Part shown: one piece after another, positions 32,828 through 43,406 of the stretch
Position numbering within the stretch: the stretch's first letter is position 1
Layout: every line of letters starts with the position of its first letter
Assembly (NCBI GenBank): GCA_918797485.1
Contig: CAKKNE010000005.1
Span: forward strand, 4,092,001 to 4,156,000
From: Pelagomonas calceolata
Lineage: Eukaryota
DNA length: 64,000 nucleotides
Direction: 5' to 3'
The notes under the pieces: model-generated
The model's database searches: none
Seen by the model: only the letters and a program-made list of their open reading frames with translations
Told to the model about the DNA's origin: nothing
Translations under genes and position numbers: made by a program

Positions 32828-33400
32828 TTACACACCGTACGCCTCCGCGCAGAAGAGCACGCCCTCTTCGAACGAAGAAAAGACGGGGAACCGCTGGCGC
32901 CCGCCGCGAAACACTTTTCCCAAAGTCTGCTCCCGTTTTTTCAGGATGTACGTCTCGTTCGACCACCGCTCGTGGTGTTTGTCTCCTACCGCTTCGTTGC
33001 GCTTGGCGACGTTGCGCCTGATGTCCTTCAGGAACGGCACGACGAAGACGTAGGCCACGTCTGGTAGTGATGAGTGCTTGTCGAGGTGCGCCGACCCGAG
33101 CAGCACCGCGCACGCGTCGTACGCCAAGAGTAGGGCGCTGCTCCGATTCGCGCCCTCGAAATCATCAAAGTCCAGGAGCCTGCAGCCCAGGTACTTCGCG
33201 TCGTGGTGGCGGATGAAGTAGGTTTTACCGGCTCCGGTGTGCGAGTTGACCTTGAGCCGCAGGGGCTTGCGTTGTCGCTTCAATCGTTGGAGCTGGTCGG
33301 TGAGCTTTGTGTAGACGGGGTCCGAGACGTTGTAGGTGTAGTCTGCCTCGGCGGCGGCCGCGTGGCCTGCCAGCAGCAGCCAGCAGAGCAGTGGCAGCAT
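32828..33400 (-). CDS. Secreted small P-loop-like protein
   Basis: Signal peptide MLPLLCWLLLAGHAAA; HTGAGKT Walker-A-like motif and LLDFDD. Confidence 0.6.
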   Translation of the reverse strand: MLPLLCWLLLAGHAAAAEADYTYNVSDPVYTKLTDQLQRLKRQRKPLRLKVNSHTGAGKTYFIRHHDAKYLGCRLLDFDDFEGANRSSALLLAYDACAVLLGSAHLDKHSSLPDVAYVFVVPFLKDIRRNVAKRNEAVGDKHHERWSNETYILKKREQTLGKVFRGGRQRFPVFSSFEEGVLFCAEAYGV

Positions 33401-33536
33401 CCTTGGGGCTGCTATCGCTGCCCCCGCGCGTTCTATGGCGCGGTGTTACGTATTGATAGCCTCATCGTAGTATTACCATCGCTGCGCCATCTTGGGCCTC
33501 GCACCAGCATGCAAAATGCGAAAAATCGTGCCAAAC

Positions 33537-33556
33537 CTAGTGTGTCGACACACTAG
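33537..33556. promoter_or_regulatory. Perfect 20-bp palindromic variant of the CTAG motif
   Basis: ctagtgtgtcgacacactag, upstream of the 33400 gene. Confidence 0.65.
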
Positions 33557-33685
33557 TCCGTAACATCGACTGATCGCGCCCACTCGTCCTACCGTACACA
33601 AAGAGTCCCCTTCGCGTGGAACACCGGTACGCCGCCGACGCGCGCGGGCGACGAGAGACTGGACGAGAACCTTACCCCCGGCCCC

Positions 33686-34948
33686 CTAGATCATCTCCTC
33701 CTCCTCGTCCTCCTCCTCCTCCACGACCTCCTCGAAGTCGCCGTCGACCTCCTCGAACAGGTCGTCGCTCTCCGCGTCCATGCGCGCGCGCTTCTCCTGC
33801 TCGCGCTTCTGCTGCTCCTTGAACGCGGCCTTGAGCTCTTCCGCGGTTTCCGGCTTCTTCTTCTTCTTCTCCTCCGCGGCCTTCTTGGCGTCCTCCGTGA
33901 AGTCCTTGCCGCCCGTGATCGTCGCTTTTTTGGCCTTCGTCTTTTTGGACCTTCGGTAGATGCCGAGCGTGTTGATGTCCTTCTTGATGTCTACTAGTTT
34001 GGCGTATGGTTTTTCATCACTGTCAAGCGACACAGTCCCCAGAAACTTGCCTAGGGCCTCGGTCGTCAACGCGCCCTTGTGGGCCAAGGCCTTCAACGTA
34101 GCTGAACCAGTGACGTTCCGGAAGTAGATCGCCCGGTGGTTCCCGGCCTCGAAGCTTCTTAGCTTAATAGCATCACCCAAATCATACCCTTCGAAGGGTA
34201 GTCTATGCTCGGCGGCGTCCATAGACACGAAGACCACTTGTGATTGATCTTCGGCGCTGGGACCTGTTCTACCTTTGCCGCCCCTCGCGTGGTGTCCCGC
34301 CAAGGCATGTAGCGCTTTCTCGACGGGCGCTTCCAGCGTGCCTCCTTGTAACACGAGCAAACACCGCGCCTTCGACCAGCACTTCTCCCTTAATAATTCA
34401 GTGTTCTTGGCCATAAACGGTCGCCGTAAGGCTAATAAGCGCAGTTCTCGGATGAGGTCGTACTCTGATCTAAAATACTGGGCGCCTATTTGTTCGACTG
34501 AGACCCCGTTCGACAGAAACACAACGGGATCGTCGGCGTGCTGCTTCTTGAGCTTCCAGCGCTGCGTTAACGTGTAGCCCTTACCGGGCAGCTGTGCTTT
34601 GCAGTCCACCACCCCAAAATTCATCTCCTTGTTCAGGCGATGCGCCACGGCCTCGACACTATCAGGTAACGGCTTCCTGCCATCTTGACACGCGACGGCC
34701 CAGACCTCGCCGCCGAAGAAGACTTTCCTTAACGCAGCTTCGTCGTTTACATCTAAGTCGACGAGGGGATTGGCGCCGCCGCCGCCCAGCGCCATGATCA
34801 CCGCGACGGCGGCCACCACAACGCCGCCCATTTTCATGAGGCCGCCGCCACCTTTTTTCTTCTTGGCCGGCGCAGCCGCGGTGGCGCCCCAGTCGTCGAC
34901 CGTGACCGGCGTCGCGGCTTTTTGCGCCGCTGCCTTCTTTTTCGCCAT
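33686..34948 (-). CDS. Membrane-anchored thioredoxin-fold (PDI-like, no CxxC) protein
   Basis: N-terminal TM anchor; WAVAC..FGVVDC Trx-like pattern; Lys/Glu-rich tail. Confidence 0.6.
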   Translation of the reverse strand: MAKKKAAAQKAATPVTVDDWGATAAAPAKKKKGGGGLMKMGGVVVAAVAVIMALGGGGANPLVDLDVNDEAALRKVFFGGEVWAVACQDGRKPLPDSVEAVAHRLNKEMNFGVVDCKAQLPGKGYTLTQRWKLKKQHADDPVVFLSNGVSVEQIGAQYFRSEYDLIRELRLLALRRPFMAKNTELLREKCWSKARCLLVLQGGTLEAPVEKALHALAGHHARGGKGRTGPSAEDQSQVVFVSMDAAEHRLPFEGYDLGDAIKLRSFEAGNHRAIYFRNVTGSATLKALAHKGALTTEALGKFLGTVSLDSDEKPYAKLVDIKKDINTLGIYRRSKKTKAKKATITGGKDFTEDAKKAAEEKKKKKPETAEELKAAFKEQQKREQEKRARMDAESDDLFEEVDGDFEEVVEEEEDEEEEMI

Positions 34949-35137
34949 TGCTGTGCTTAATCAACTCTAGGCTGTGCTGCTGCAACTTTATGCCAGCGGT
35001 GATCGCAATGCACGCGCGCGCTGCGAGTGCAGCTCTGATCACTTGCGCAGTGAATAGCAGTTCTTAAGACAAGCCAGTGATGCGAGCGTGAGGCCTAGCG
35101 CTGTGAACGCGTGGTGCTGTGGAGGCTCACCAAAATC

Positions 35138-35161
35138 GCTAGCGGCCCGTAAAGACACTAG
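35138..35161 (+). promoter_or_regulatory. CTAG-bounded upstream motif
   Basis: gctagcggcccgtaaagacactag, upstream of the Trx-fold gene. Confidence 0.7.
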
Positions 35162-35320
35162 AAAACGGAACCCTGCGACGTAAACTAGCCGCCACCAGGA
35201 GAGACGTGCGCGCGCGAAACTGGGATATCCCGCCGACGGTAATCGTCCACGCACACTCATAACAAGGGTTCGGACGCGGCTCTACTCGTCGAAGACGCGG
35301 TCTCTGTAACAACAAGTACA

Positions 35321-36685
35321 TTACTCCTGAGGCATCCGCCCCCGCGGCGGCACCTCGTCGCCACCGCCAGGCAGTTCCAGCTCCAACAGCCCACACAACC
35401 GCTGCCGCGCCACGCCGTGGAACGCCGCGAGCGCCCGCAACCTTTCAGCAGCGTCGGTCCCGGCGTCCGCCCGCGTCGCGACGAGCATCGTGTTCTTCGC
35501 CGTGTGGTCGAGGGGCGCCCATTCCACCATCCTAGCTTCGTAGCCGACGCATTCCAGCGCCAAACACCGCATCGTATCTGTCACCGCCTCGGCGTGCCGG
35601 TCCGCGAGAATACCATGATGCAGGATCGCCTGCAGCGCGGGATCCGCCTCAGAACCCTTGCGGTGCCGCTCGAGCTGGGGCCTTAATTGCTTGTGGCAGC
35701 ACGGCGCGGCGACGATCGCCCGCGCGCCGCCGAGGACCGCGGCATGCAAAGCGTCGTCCGTGGCCGTGTCGCACGCATGTAACGCGACGACGACGTCCAC
35801 CTTTCCTTGAGGTGCGATGTCGCCCGCCATGAACGACAATCCAGCATCGTCGCGACACGCCCAATTACAAGCGTCGACGAGCTCGCGCCGCCGCTCGACG
35901 CCGACGACGTCCAGCGCCGCCTGACTCTTCTTCTTCAGCAACTCGTGCGCCGCGAAGGTCAGGTAGCCCTTGCCGCAGCCCTCGTCGACCAGACGGATTG
36001 AATCGGAAGCATACAAATCCGTCTTGGAGAGCGTATGATCTAAAAGCTCGGCGAACCTCAAGATCTGCTTGCGTTTCCTTTCCATGCCCGGCCGCGCCTT
36101 GCCCGCGGCGTTCGTCACGTTGAGCGCCACCAAGAAGTCGTCGCTGACGACGCGCTTTTTAGTGCGGTCATGTGAAGCCGTCTTCTTGGCCGGGGCGCAG
36201 CTTGTAGATGTCAAAGAGCCTTTTGTGAGGTCGTAGCGCGTGGCGCCGACCGTCGCCTTCGCGTGCGCGCCGCCCGTCAAAGCGTGCGCGACGGCCTTGC
36301 GCGCGGACCATTTCTTGGGCGGCAGCAGGTCGCCATCAGTACCTTCGGCGCCGTCGTCGCCCTGAAACGCGTGGTTGCGCTGGAGGTCGCAGGCGCCTCT
36401 CCTCTTATAGGTGAGCTGGAGCAGCCGCTTGTTCTTCAGTTCCACCACGCGGCCGCTCACGCGCTTGAACATGGCGTCAGCTTCTCCCCTATTGACGCGT
36501 AGGTCTATAACAGCGTCCGTTTCGAGCGCTGCGGCGACGACGTCGGCGAGGGCTTCCGCGTCGGTCTCGGAGATGAGTTCGGCGGCCGTGACGGTTATTG
36601 CGCGGCGCGGTGCTTTTGGGTGTAGTGCGCTGTGGGGCTGCAGCGCGCAGCACGTCGCGGCGACGACCAGGAGGAGCCGCGGCAT
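35321..36685 (-). CDS. SAM-dependent methyltransferase (Methyltransf_32-like), organelle-targeted
   Basis: LVDEGCGKGYLTF, VVALHACDTATDDAL, APCCH, HTAKN. Confidence 0.85.
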   Translation of the reverse strand: MPRLLLVVAATCCALQPHSALHPKAPRRAITVTAAELISETDAEALADVVAAALETDAVIDLRVNRGEADAMFKRVSGRVVELKNKRLLQLTYKRRGACDLQRNHAFQGDDGAEGTDGDLLPPKKWSARKAVAHALTGGAHAKATVGATRYDLTKGSLTSTSCAPAKKTASHDRTKKRVVSDDFLVALNVTNAAGKARPGMERKRKQILRFAELLDHTLSKTDLYASDSIRLVDEGCGKGYLTFAAHELLKKKSQAALDVVGVERRRELVDACNWACRDDAGLSFMAGDIAPQGKVDVVVALHACDTATDDALHAAVLGGARAIVAAPCCHKQLRPQLERHRKGSEADPALQAILHHGILADRHAEAVTDTMRCLALECVGYEARMVEWAPLDHTAKNTMLVATRADAGTDAAERLRALAAFHGVARQRLCGLLELELPGGGDEVPPRGRMPQE

Positions 36686-36785
36686 CGCTTCCTACAGGCC
36701 GCAGCAGTGTAGTGATATGTAATATCGTGCGCTAGCGATATATGCGTGTGCGTACGGCTCCCCAGAGCCAAAGGCGCCGTACTTT

Positions 36786-36809
36786 CTAGTATGTCTTACG
36801 GCCGCTAGC
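36786..36809 (-). promoter_or_regulatory. CTAG-bounded upstream motif
   Basis: gctagcggccgtaagacatactag (minus), in a divergent spacer. Confidence 0.7.
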
Positions 36810-37031
36810 TCACCTTGCCTCCGCCGTAGCTTTTTAGGTGGATTCCAGCCTCAAGCGACCTCTGAAGATCCTACGCACGCCTCTGCGCCTCACACGCAGC
36901 AGTCTCAGCGCCAGTCACGCCGCCGCCGCGTCCATTTTACGGCGTCTACGGCAGCAATCAAGATCCACGCGTCGGGAACGCGCGACAGCCGCAAAGCCTC
37001 CACTACCACAAGATCCACCGCGAGACCAGCC

Positions 37032-37961
37032 ATGGCCCAGCAGCCGAACCCCCACAACGCCCAGCTCGCGAACCTGGAGCCCGGCGAGGCCGCGACGACC
37101 GCCGTGACGATCCTCACCAAAGCGACCATAAACACCGCCAGGGCCCATCCCAAGATCACGGGCTCCTGGATGTTGGGACTGGCGCTCGTCGTCTTCGCGA
37201 CGGGCTTTCGCGTGTCGGACACAGTTGCCTCTCAATATGAGCAAGACGTCCAGGCCGCAGATCTGTCCGAACCGATCAGTCGGGCGGCCGCGCGCGTGCG
37301 CCGCGCGCGCAGTTTGCAACGAAGCGCCTCGGGCTGGTTCTCCTGCGACGACCGGTGTCAGTACCATAAATCAGAGGCGGAAACCGCGTCCAGAGAATTG
37401 GCCGACTTGAGAGCTAGGGAAGATGCTGGATTATCAGATGCGAAGCGAGGCGTGGGCGTCCTCAGCGAGTACGCCGTCGCGGAGGCTCGAGATTCGTTCT
37501 GGCGCGCCTTTGCCGGGGGCAAGTCCTTCGCGAAGCGGCAGTCGATGTGGGATCTACTTTTCTCGGGGTTGCGCTTTTCTGGTAGGAGAGATGAGTCGAC
37601 GGCGGCGGTCGTCATAAGGTGGCTCATCAACTTACTGTTCAACTTCACGCTCGGGTTATGTGGCGCATTGGGCGTTTTTCTATGGCGTTTGCGCGCGCTC
37701 GTGGCGTCGTACCAGCCGGGCCCGCTGCACGCTTTGGCGTTCACGCTGGCGGCGGCGCTCGCGGCGACGGCCATGGTCGCCACTTACTTATTTGCGATGT
37801 ACTTCTGCGCGGCGTCAGGGGTGGCGGCGGTGGGCGCGGCGGCCTCGGCCCAAGCTCGCATCGAGGCCGAGCGGCGCCGCGACCCGCGCTACCGCGTCCA
37901 GCAGCAGCAGCAGCCTCCGGGGGGTTTCGGCCAGCCGCGGTACCGGCCGCGCACCTACTAA
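37032..37961 (+). CDS. Multi-pass membrane protein of unknown function
   Basis: 309-aa ATG ORF with several TM helices, WFSCDDRC and FAKRQSMWDLLF segments. Confidence 0.7.
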   Translation: MAQQPNPHNAQLANLEPGEAATTAVTILTKATINTARAHPKITGSWMLGLALVVFATGFRVSDTVASQYEQDVQAADLSEPISRAAARVRRARSLQRSASGWFSCDDRCQYHKSEAETASRELADLRAREDAGLSDAKRGVGVLSEYAVAEARDSFWRAFAGGKSFAKRQSMWDLLFSGLRFSGRRDESTAAVVIRWLINLLFNFTLGLCGALGVFLWRLRALVASYQPGPLHALAFTLAAALAATAMVATYLFAMYFCAASGVAAVGAAASAQARIEAERRRDPRYRVQQQQQPPGGFGQPRYRPRTY

Positions 37962-37977
37962 GTTTACCACAATATAC

Positions 37978-39326
37978 TTACTCGGGCTTCGCCTCGATCA
38001 TGTCGTCCGTCCACCACGTGCCAGCTTTCCCCTCGCCGTAGCCGGACGGGTCCTTCAGGAGCCGCGCCACTCCATTCACGTGGAGCGCGCCGAGGATCGC
38101 GACCTGTGTTACGGCGCGTTCGTTCTGAATCGTCGCGTCGTCCTCCACGCCATCGACGCGATGCCTGCTCGATGGCGTGGCGGTGTGGGTCTTACACCAC
38201 TCGATTCAGTTATCAAGATTGCGTTGTCGCCGAGAAATGACTTGCATCCGACGCACTGGTTGATTTCCACACAGATCGCGACGACGTTGCCCCTGCTTCT
38301 ATCAGCGGCCTCGGTGATGGACCGGGCTAAGCGCACGTTCCGCTCCTCGAGCATGGCGACGAGCAACAGCCGCCCGAAGACGATGGGAAACAAGATGTCG
38401 AGCACGATCAGCACGCCGCTGAGCAACAGGTAGGACGCGGAGGAGTCGCCACCTGCGGCCGCGAGGGCGTCGGCCTCGCGCGCCGCTTGCTCCAGGTAGT
38501 GCGCGCCAAATGCTGAGCCGAGAAGTAGACCCCCAACAGGTATAGGAGCTTTGACCAGGGCCGCCGCCGGGTACGCGAGCAAGGACGTCACGAAGCCTAG
38601 TAGTAGGTCCGGCTTCAGGAAGTCCGAGAACTCCAAGGCGTCGCCGTCGAGGTCGCTCGTGTCGAACGCGAGTTTCGCACCACGCCGCAAGTCGTCGCCG
38701 ATTCTCCGCCAACCCTCGCCGGGACTGAGGAGGTCCATCAAACTCGCGATGAGGAGCTCTTTCAGCCGCGGACCGAGCTCTCCGACGTCCGTGTCGCCCA
38801 GAGAGATCGGAACGCCGCGCTCCTCTGCCGCCTCGGCGGCGGCGAGCATCTCGGAAGGCAGCAGCACGCGGCCGATGCTTCCCGGTGGGCTCACTTCTTG
38901 CGTCCGCCGCCACCGCGATTCACAGCTCTCGACGACGACGGCGCCGAGCCCTTCCTGCTCCTCGACGCATCGCTCTGCCAGAGCAATGCTCACTGGGTTA
39001 TAATGCATAGCTCCAACCAATGTGACGTCTCTTTTACTGTGGACCTGTGCGCAAGTCGATCCGTGAGTCGAGTCGTATTCTCTCGCAGCGAAACGCGACC
39101 GTGCTGGCTGAATAGAACGGTGAGAGATCGGACCGCCACACCATCGAGCTGGCGTCGCGTCGATGGCGTGCGGCCGCGATTGGAGGCCGTGATTCAGCAG
39201 TGGTGGAGACGCGCCGCGACAATTTGACTTATGCACTGCTGTTACGTCTCTTAGCGTCACGGTCTGTGGCTGTCTCAGGGCGGAGGCAGCGCTGAGCAGT
39301 AGCAATGCGGTGCATGCACGCGCCAT
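37978..39326 (-). CDS. TraB/PrgY family protein; join(39326..39246,39044..38283,38103..37978)
   Basis: TLVGAMH, VVVESCESRW, SEMLAA, LGDTD, LEERNVRLA. Splicing out 38104..38282 restores VVAILGALHVNG. Confidence 0.85.
38104..38282 (-). mobile_element. Introner element (171 bp) forming a 179-bp GT-AG intron
   Basis: Perfect 8-bp TSD atcgcgac (38096-38103, 38275-38282). One full TIR and one truncated to ctgtgt. The interior is clearly homologous to the 4891 copy. Confidence 0.92.
39045..39245 (-). mobile_element. Decayed introner forming a 201-bp in-frame GT-AG intron
   Basis: Degenerate TIRs ctgtgcgcaagtc / gacttatgcactg. Interior 39134-39200 matches the reverse complement of the 4891 copy. 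Removal gives TLRD|VHSKRDVTLVG. Confidence 0.78.
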
Positions 39327-39624
39327 GCTGGCCAAGGAATGCTGCGCAAGGCGCGTAGAAATGCTTGCCAAGCGTCAGTACTAGCTCTACGAGTTGTACG
39401 CTGGCAAATAGCGCACGCTTTTGTGGGCTTGGACTGGCCTAGTGGTGTTGTTACGCTAGGTTTACTTTTTGTTCGTCATCCGGACACGTCCTCCCCACTA
39501 AGCTCGCCACGCAACTGCCAGACGCGCTAAGACACTCGAATACAACCTACTTGCACCACACGCGCGAGCTCAGCCAATTTAATTCGCCGGCCAGCGCACA
39601 AAGACAAGATAAATTACAAACAAA

Positions 39625-40601
39625 ATGTTCCGGCAGCTTGCCCGCCTCGCCGAGGAGCACGAGCTGCTCGAAGCCCTACCATTTTTAAGCAGCAACGCGG
39701 ACGACGAAGACGATTTGATCCAAGACGCCATCGCGGCCCTACCGCCGCTCGTCGCGAGGTTCTTCTTCGCGCCGCGCGGCGGGCCGAAGGCGCCGCCGCT
39801 CCTCGGCCGCTGCTTCACCCTCAAGAAGCTGAGCGCGCCGCACGATGTGCGGGAGGCGTGCCTGCGCGGCGCGGCGAACTCGTTCCGGTTCCGCGCCGAG
39901 TACCGCTGGAGCGCGTGCGCTGTCGGCTTCGTGGCTGGTTTTGCGGATGGCAGCGCGTGGTCGGCGTCGTGGCTTGTGGCCGAGGCGGCCTGCGTCGTGC
40001 TCGCACGGGCGCCGCCGGCCGTCCAATTCCCCACGGAGGACCTCAAAACTCGCAGAGCGGCCGCGCGAAAGGCGGCGCGACGACGACGTCTCGCCGGCCG
40101 CCGCGTCTGCGTGAAGAACGTCGGTGCCGACCAGTGCCGAAATCAAAGGGAGAGAGCGCTTCCACGCCATCGAGGCAACAGTGGGTCCATTTCCAAACAG
40201 GCGCCGGCACGCTCGAGCTCAAGGACGGCGCGCTGCGGCTCCGCGACGACCGCGGCCACAAGCACGCCTTCGACGCGGGCGTAGACTTCGTCCTGCTCTC
40301 GCCGCGCGACGCGCTGTGGCAGGCGCGCTACGTCATCGGCGCGCTCGCGCTCGCGGCGTTCCTCGCGCCGCCGGCGGCGCAGCGCGCGCGGCGCTGGGCG
40401 GGCCTCGCGTTTATCGGCCATGCGGTAGCCAGGCGCGTGCCGCGGGCCTGCCGCGAGCGCGTCGATGCGGCCCTCGACGGCACCGACGACCTCGAGCGCA
40501 CGCTCCGCGACCTGGAGTACTACGTCATCTCGGGCGCGGACGTGCCGGTGGAGACGCCTCGGCGGCGCTGGTGGCAGCGGGGCCGGAGCGCGTCCTCGTG
40601 A
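39625..40601 (+). CDS. Hypothetical membrane protein; join(39625..40123,40201..40601)
   Basis: The 77-bp GT-AG intron joins ORF 39625 to the 39858..40601 frame (KNVG|AGTLELKDG); hydrophobic segments present. Confidence 0.6.
40124..40200 (+). mobile_element. Shrunken decayed introner (77-bp intron)
   Basis: TSD gtgccgac / gcgccggc (6/8); degenerate TIRs cagtgccgaaatc / catttccaaacag; core acgccatcga at 40164. Confidence 0.75.
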
Positions 40602-40766
40602 TCCACGGCAACCATCTCCCAAGACCGACGACTCACTCCGACCGGCGGATTCGATTTTGTAATCATGATTTCTGTTTCAAGTTCATCTATTTATAATTCT
40701 CACAAGAGGAGGGGGGAGGAGGGCGATCGGATGAGAACGGGGGGGGGGTCGGAGGATACGAATTCT

Positions 40767-41858
40767 TCAGCGCGCGAACGCGGGCTGCGGGCGGAGCGCG
40801 TCGACGACGGCCGCCGGCTGCGCCCCGCGCCAGGCCACGTCGTTGATCGACGCCAGCAGCGGGAAGGCGCCGCGCCAGCCGCGCTCGTCGAGCACGTCAC
40901 CGACTAGTTGGGCGGCGTGCCAGTCCGGCAGCTTCATGCCGTCAAACAACTCCTTTTCCAGGCGCGCCCACTTCGCCTCGGCCGGCTCCTCCACAGAATC
41001 GTTCGCGAAAGCCTTGGCCAGGACGCGCCCGCGGCCAGACGACGTCGTCAATACTAAATCGCCGAGGCCGCACGGCGACTCGAAGAACGTCGCCCGCTCG
41101 GCGTCGCGCAATCTCGACGCTAAGGCGTGGATCTCGACGAGGCCTGCTCTTATGAGGGCGGCGCGCGCGTTCGGGCCCGCAACGGCATCGGCGAATCCAG
41201 AGCCCAAAGCGACGACGTTCTTGAGGACCCCACAGAGCTCGACGCCCGCCCGGTCGTCTACCGTATCGACGCGGAACGCGGGGCTGGCGAAGACGCGCGC
41301 GGCTTCGGCGGCCGTCGTTTCGTCGAGCGCCCCGACGGTGGCTTCCGCGAACTCGCCGCGAGCTAATGACCCATAAATGTTCGGGCCGGACAGCGCACAC
41401 GCGCGGCACGTCTTGAACTTCGCCTCGACGTCTTCGCAGACCGTCGCGACGTCTCCTTTTATCTGGCGTGCGGACTTGACGAGCGAGATCGCGACCTTTC
41501 CGTCCAAGTTGATCTGCTCCAGCGTCGTCCCCAGAAACTCGCCGGGCACGGCCAGCACTACCACGTCCGCATCCGAGACGGCTCCTCGCAAGTCCGTCGT
41601 CGCCTCGACGTTCGACGGGAACGGGTCCGCGTCCTCCGGCAGGTAGCGGCCGTTCCGGCGCTGATCGTTGATCTCGTCGACGACGGCGTCGCGCCGCGCC
41701 CAGATCTTGATCGAGGCGTCGGGCTGGGCTCTCGCTGCCACCAATGCCATTGCCGAGCCGAAGCTACCGGCGCCGACGAAGACGACTTTGTTCCGGCTCG
41801 GCGCTGCGAGACCGTGCGCCGCGCGAGCTACCAACGCGAGCATACAGCAGCGTCGCAT
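40767..41858 (-). CDS. GPD: NAD(P)-dependent glycerol-3-phosphate dehydrogenase
   Basis: VGAGSFGSAMA, ISLVK, LSGPN, VELCGVLKNVVALGSG, GLGDLVLTTSSGR. Confidence 0.92.
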   Translation of the reverse strand: MRRCCMLALVARAAHGLAAPSRNKVVFVGAGSFGSAMALVAARAQPDASIKIWARRDAVVDEINDQRRNGRYLPEDADPFPSNVEATTDLRGAVSDADVVVLAVPGEFLGTTLEQINLDGKVAISLVKSARQIKGDVATVCEDVEAKFKTCRACALSGPNIYGSLARGEFAEATVGALDETTAAEAARVFASPAFRVDTVDDRAGVELCGVLKNVVALGSGFADAVAGPNARAALIRAGLVEIHALASRLRDAERATFFESPCGLGDLVLTTSSGRGRVLAKAFANDSVEEPAEAKWARLEKELFDGMKLPDWHAAQLVGDVLDERGWRGAFPLLASINDVAWRGAQPAAVVDALRPQPAFAR

Positions 41859-42241
41859 TTATTCTTCTGGGTCAGTGCCTTGAGCGCTGAGTTCTTTACG
41901 GCGCCAGTGGTGGCCAGCAATGCGCGTGCGCAGTGCAGTGGCGCGCTGCGGCAATACGTAAGCCGCCTTATGCGCGCGGTACGCCTCAGTACGGCCTCGG
42001 CGCCGATTTTTACCTCGAGGCCTCATCGAGATGCTGAGACGGGTTTTTGGCGCACGGTGTTTCAGGCCCGGATTCGATAACCACAGCCACCAATCACATG
42101 AACAAGATTCGACCAAGCATCATTCGTGCGGGTCGGCCTGATGCTGATGAAAATTGCCGACGCACCCTCATCCGCAACCAGCTCGTGGTGCATCATGTCT
42201 GTGCGAGGTAGTTGACTGCTTTTTCAGCGGCCGCCGAGACC

Positions 42242-42787
42242 ATGCATCCGCCAGCAGCAGCTGATCCAACCGACGAGCGCATGGTGAGTGCACTCAATTA
42301 TGCATTGAGCGGCAGAGGAGGCGCCGTCGACGATGCGGCGCTCGCGCTGGGCCTCGCGCTGGCCGGACGCAGTGGTGGCCACGGCGCGCGCCATAGCTCG
42401 CTCTCGCCGAGCGAGTCGTCCGTGGCGTCGACGACGTCGATGATGTCGACGTCCTCCTTTGCCTCGTCGCTGGCGCCGGCCGACGCGCCGGCCGACGAGC
42501 ATGTCGTGCTACCCGGCGACACTCTAGCGGGCATTTGTATTCGCTACGGCGTGTCCGCGCGATCGCTCCGCCGCCTGAACCGCCTCGACGAGGGCGATCA
42601 GGTGATGCAGCACGCGATCCTGCGCATCCCGCCTGCACGGCGCGGTCGCCGCCAGACGCCGCAAGCGCAAACTCCGGACGTTCTGGCCGCGCGGCAGCGA
42701 CTGGCGTTCCGCGAGAGCGGCGCGTGGACCGAGGACGAGTCCTTCCGGGTCGCTATTCGCATCATCAACGGGCGGCGCGTGCGGTGA
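42242..42787 (+). CDS. LysM domain protein
   Basis: HVVLPGDTLAGICIRYGVSARSLRRLNRL...LRIP. Confidence 0.85.
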   Translation: MHPPAAADPTDERMVSALNYALSGRGGAVDDAALALGLALAGRSGGHGARHSSLSPSESSVASTTSMMSTSSFASSLAPADAPADEHVVLPGDTLAGICIRYGVSARSLRRLNRLDEGDQVMQHAILRIPPARRGRRQTPQAQTPDVLAARQRLAFRESGAWTEDESFRVAIRIINGRRVR

Positions 42788-42858
42788 TTGTATGCGCCGC
42801 ATCTCCTCCTTTGTTTGTTAAAACTTTATGTCTGCATTGACTTCTCTCGAATATATCC

Positions 42859-43236
42859 TCACGGGCCGCGCGGACGTTGAGTACTCCTCCCCCAGTACGC
42901 CATCGCCGCGACCCGTGCAGGTCTTCGTCGGGGGTAATCGAGCGTTGGAGAATGGGGGCTTAGGCCTAGTCGGAGGAGCGGTCCAATGGCCAAGGGGAAT
43001 GCCGGCGCGTTACCCTCGTACCACGGCTCGCGCCACGGCTCGGCTAGGCTCGACGCGTTCCAGGCGCCGTTTGTTGGCAGAGCGGCGGCTTGCGGCGCGC
43101 CTTTGCGCTTCCTTCGGCCTGAACCCCTTTGCCGAGGAGCAGCAAATGCATCAAACTTTTGGAGCTTTGCCTTTGCTTGATCTGTGGGCCGCGCGGCGGC
43201 GACGACGAGGCAAGCGAGCACGAGCAGTCGTCGCAT
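42859..43236 (-). CDS. Possible small secreted protein
   Basis: ATG at 43236 followed by a signal peptide (MRRLLVLACLVVAAARP). The 3' end is uncertain because a core motif at 42897 may mark an intron. Confidence 0.35.
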   Translation of the reverse strand: MRRLLVLACLVVAAARPTDQAKAKLQKFDAFAAPRQRGSGRRKRKGAPQAAALPTNGAWNASSLAEPWREPWYEGNAPAFPLAIGPLLRLGLSPHSPTLDYPRRRPARVAAMAYWGRSTQRPRGP

Positions 43237-43406
43237 GCTTCTAAATTGATCACGAAACGCCTGTCGCCTGAGCGATCTCCAGTTGACCCCAAAATTTTTG
43301 CCGGAAAAACCCGTCCTGGTCATTAGAGCAGCTATCCAGCCGGACGGGTGGGCCAGGGGGAGCGGGAGGGGCGACGTAGAGAGTAGTTCAACAACACCCA
43401 TCTTAC

